Part shown: positions 62,979 through 64,000 of the stretch, piece by piece
How the letters are laid out: the number at the start of each line of letters is the position of its first letter
Position numbering within the stretch: position 1 is the stretch's first letter
Source of the DNA: an uncultured delta proteobacterium
GTDB taxonomy: Bacteria > Desulfobacterota > Binatia > Binatales > Binataceae
DNA: 64,000 nt
NCBI GenBank assembly: GCA_963793115.1
Contig: CAWBYV010000020.1
Coordinates: 2,934-66,933 of the forward strand
Direction: 5' to 3'
Program-made: the position numbers and the translations under genes
The notes under the pieces: generated by a model
Seen by the model: the letters and a program-made list of their open reading frames with translations, nothing else
Database searches by the model: none
Told to the model about the DNA's origin: nothing

Positions 62979-64000
62979 TCAGTACGAACGCGGCAGGCCC
63001 AGGACGTGCTCGCTGATCGAGTTGAGCACCATTTCTTGCGAGACCGGTGCGATCTTCAGCAGGCGGGACTCCTTGAAGAACCGTTCCACGTCGTAATCGC
63101 GGATATAGCCGTAACCGCCGAGGGTCTGGACGGCGCGATCGCAGGCTTCGAAGCAGGCGTCGGCGGCGCGCAGCTTGGCGATATTGGCCTCGGCGCCGCA
63201 GGGCTTGCGATGGTCGAACAGCCAGGCCGCCTTGAACATCATCAGCTCGGCGACTTCCAGTTTCGACCAGGAATCAGCCAGCGGATGCGCGATCGCCTGG
63301 TTCTTTCCGATCGGCCGGTCGAAGACGACGCGCTCTTTGGAGTAGCGCACCGCGCGGTTGAGCGCGGCGCGGCCAATCCCGATCGCTTCGGCGGCGACCA
63401 GAATCCGTTCCGGGTTGAGCCCGTCGAGCAGGGATTGGAAGCCGCGTCCTTCGCCGCCGATCAGGTCCGAGGTCGGCACCCGCAGATTGTCGATGAACAA
63501 CATGTTGGTATCGACCGCGTGGCGGCCGAGCTTTTCGAGCTCGCGGATCTCGACCGCCTCGGGATCCAGCTCGGCGAAGAACAGGCTCATCCCGTCGGTT
63601 TTTTTCGCGGCCTGCTCGTACGGCGTCGTGCGCGTGAGCAGCAGCATCCGCTTTGCTTCCCTGGCCTTGGTGGTGAAGACCTTGCGGCCGTTGATCACAT
63701 AGTAGTCGCCCTCGCGGCGCGCCGCGGTCTTGATATGGGTGATGTCGTTGCCCGCGTCGGGCTCGGTAACGGCAAAAGCAACGTGCAGCTCGCCCTTGAC
63801 GACGCCCGGCAGGTAGCGGCGCTTCTGCTCCTCGGTGCCGTGGAATACCAGCGGGCTGACGCCGAAGATCGAGAGATGGACCGCGCTCGCGGCGTTCATC
63901 GCGCCGCCCGATGCGGCGATCTCGCCCATCACGAGCGCGGCCTCGGTGATCCCAAGCCCGCTGCCGCCGTATTGCTCGGGAATCGCGACACCGAGGTAAC
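62979..64000 (-). CDS. Acyl-CoA dehydrogenase (5' end beyond window)
   Basis: VTEPDAG, INGRKVF, LNPERI, QTLGGYGY..VER, LGLPRSY. Confidence 0.95.
   Translation of the reverse strand, partial: YLGVAIPEQYGGSGLGITEAALVMGEIAASGGAMNAASAVHLSIFGVSPLVFHGTEEQKRRYLPGVVKGELHVAFAVTEPDAGNDITHIKTAARREGDYYVINGRKVFTTKAREAKRMLLLTRTTPYEQAAKKTDGMSLFFAELDPEAVEIRELEKLGRHAVDTNMLFIDNLRVPTSDLIGGEGRGFQSLLDGLNPERILVAAEAIGIGRAALNRAVRYSKERVVFDRPIGKNQAIAHPLADSWSKLEVAELMMFKAAWLFDHRKPCGAEANIAKLRAADACFEACDRAVQTLGGYGYIRDYDVERFFKESRLLKIAPVSQEMVLNSISEHVLGLPRSY

Overview
High-GC bacterial DNA. Gene content suggests a soil MAG, possibly Ca. Binatota/Desulfobacterota; this is inference only. Several single-base frameshifts in short homopolymers suggest a long-read assembly. 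The left half (about 3.6-29 kb) is a decaying surface-glycosylation island. It holds at least eight GT-C-type membrane glycosyltransferases (two TMTC-like with TPR tails, one YfhO-like, one fused to DUF4019), a GT2-methyltransferase fusion, a large NHL/Pro-Thr/Ig surface protein, an IS1380 remnant and a tRNA-Lys att scar. Tad minor-pilin clusters lie at 1-1.4 kb and 42-45 kb. The right half carries PFOR plus a DHODH-like gene, hydrolases, a Tat-exported PaoABC-like molybdoenzyme operon, an orphan type II DMSO-reductase-family alpha subunit, acyl-CoA dehydrogenases and MFS transporters. There are two top candidates for a new system. (1) An ImmA/IrrE-type HExxH metalloprotease is coupled to an XRE repressor, with a second paralogous XRE 6 kb away. 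Both XREs have a C-terminal domain resembling Deinococcus DdrO, they share a palindromic upstream motif, and one also has DnaA boxes upstream. (2) A 70-110 bp IS1380 right-end-derived element occurs four times, each copy pointing into a downstream gene like a portable promoter. Many intergenic gaps contain short scraps of unrelated genes. No CRISPR array, rRNA or intact tRNA was seen.
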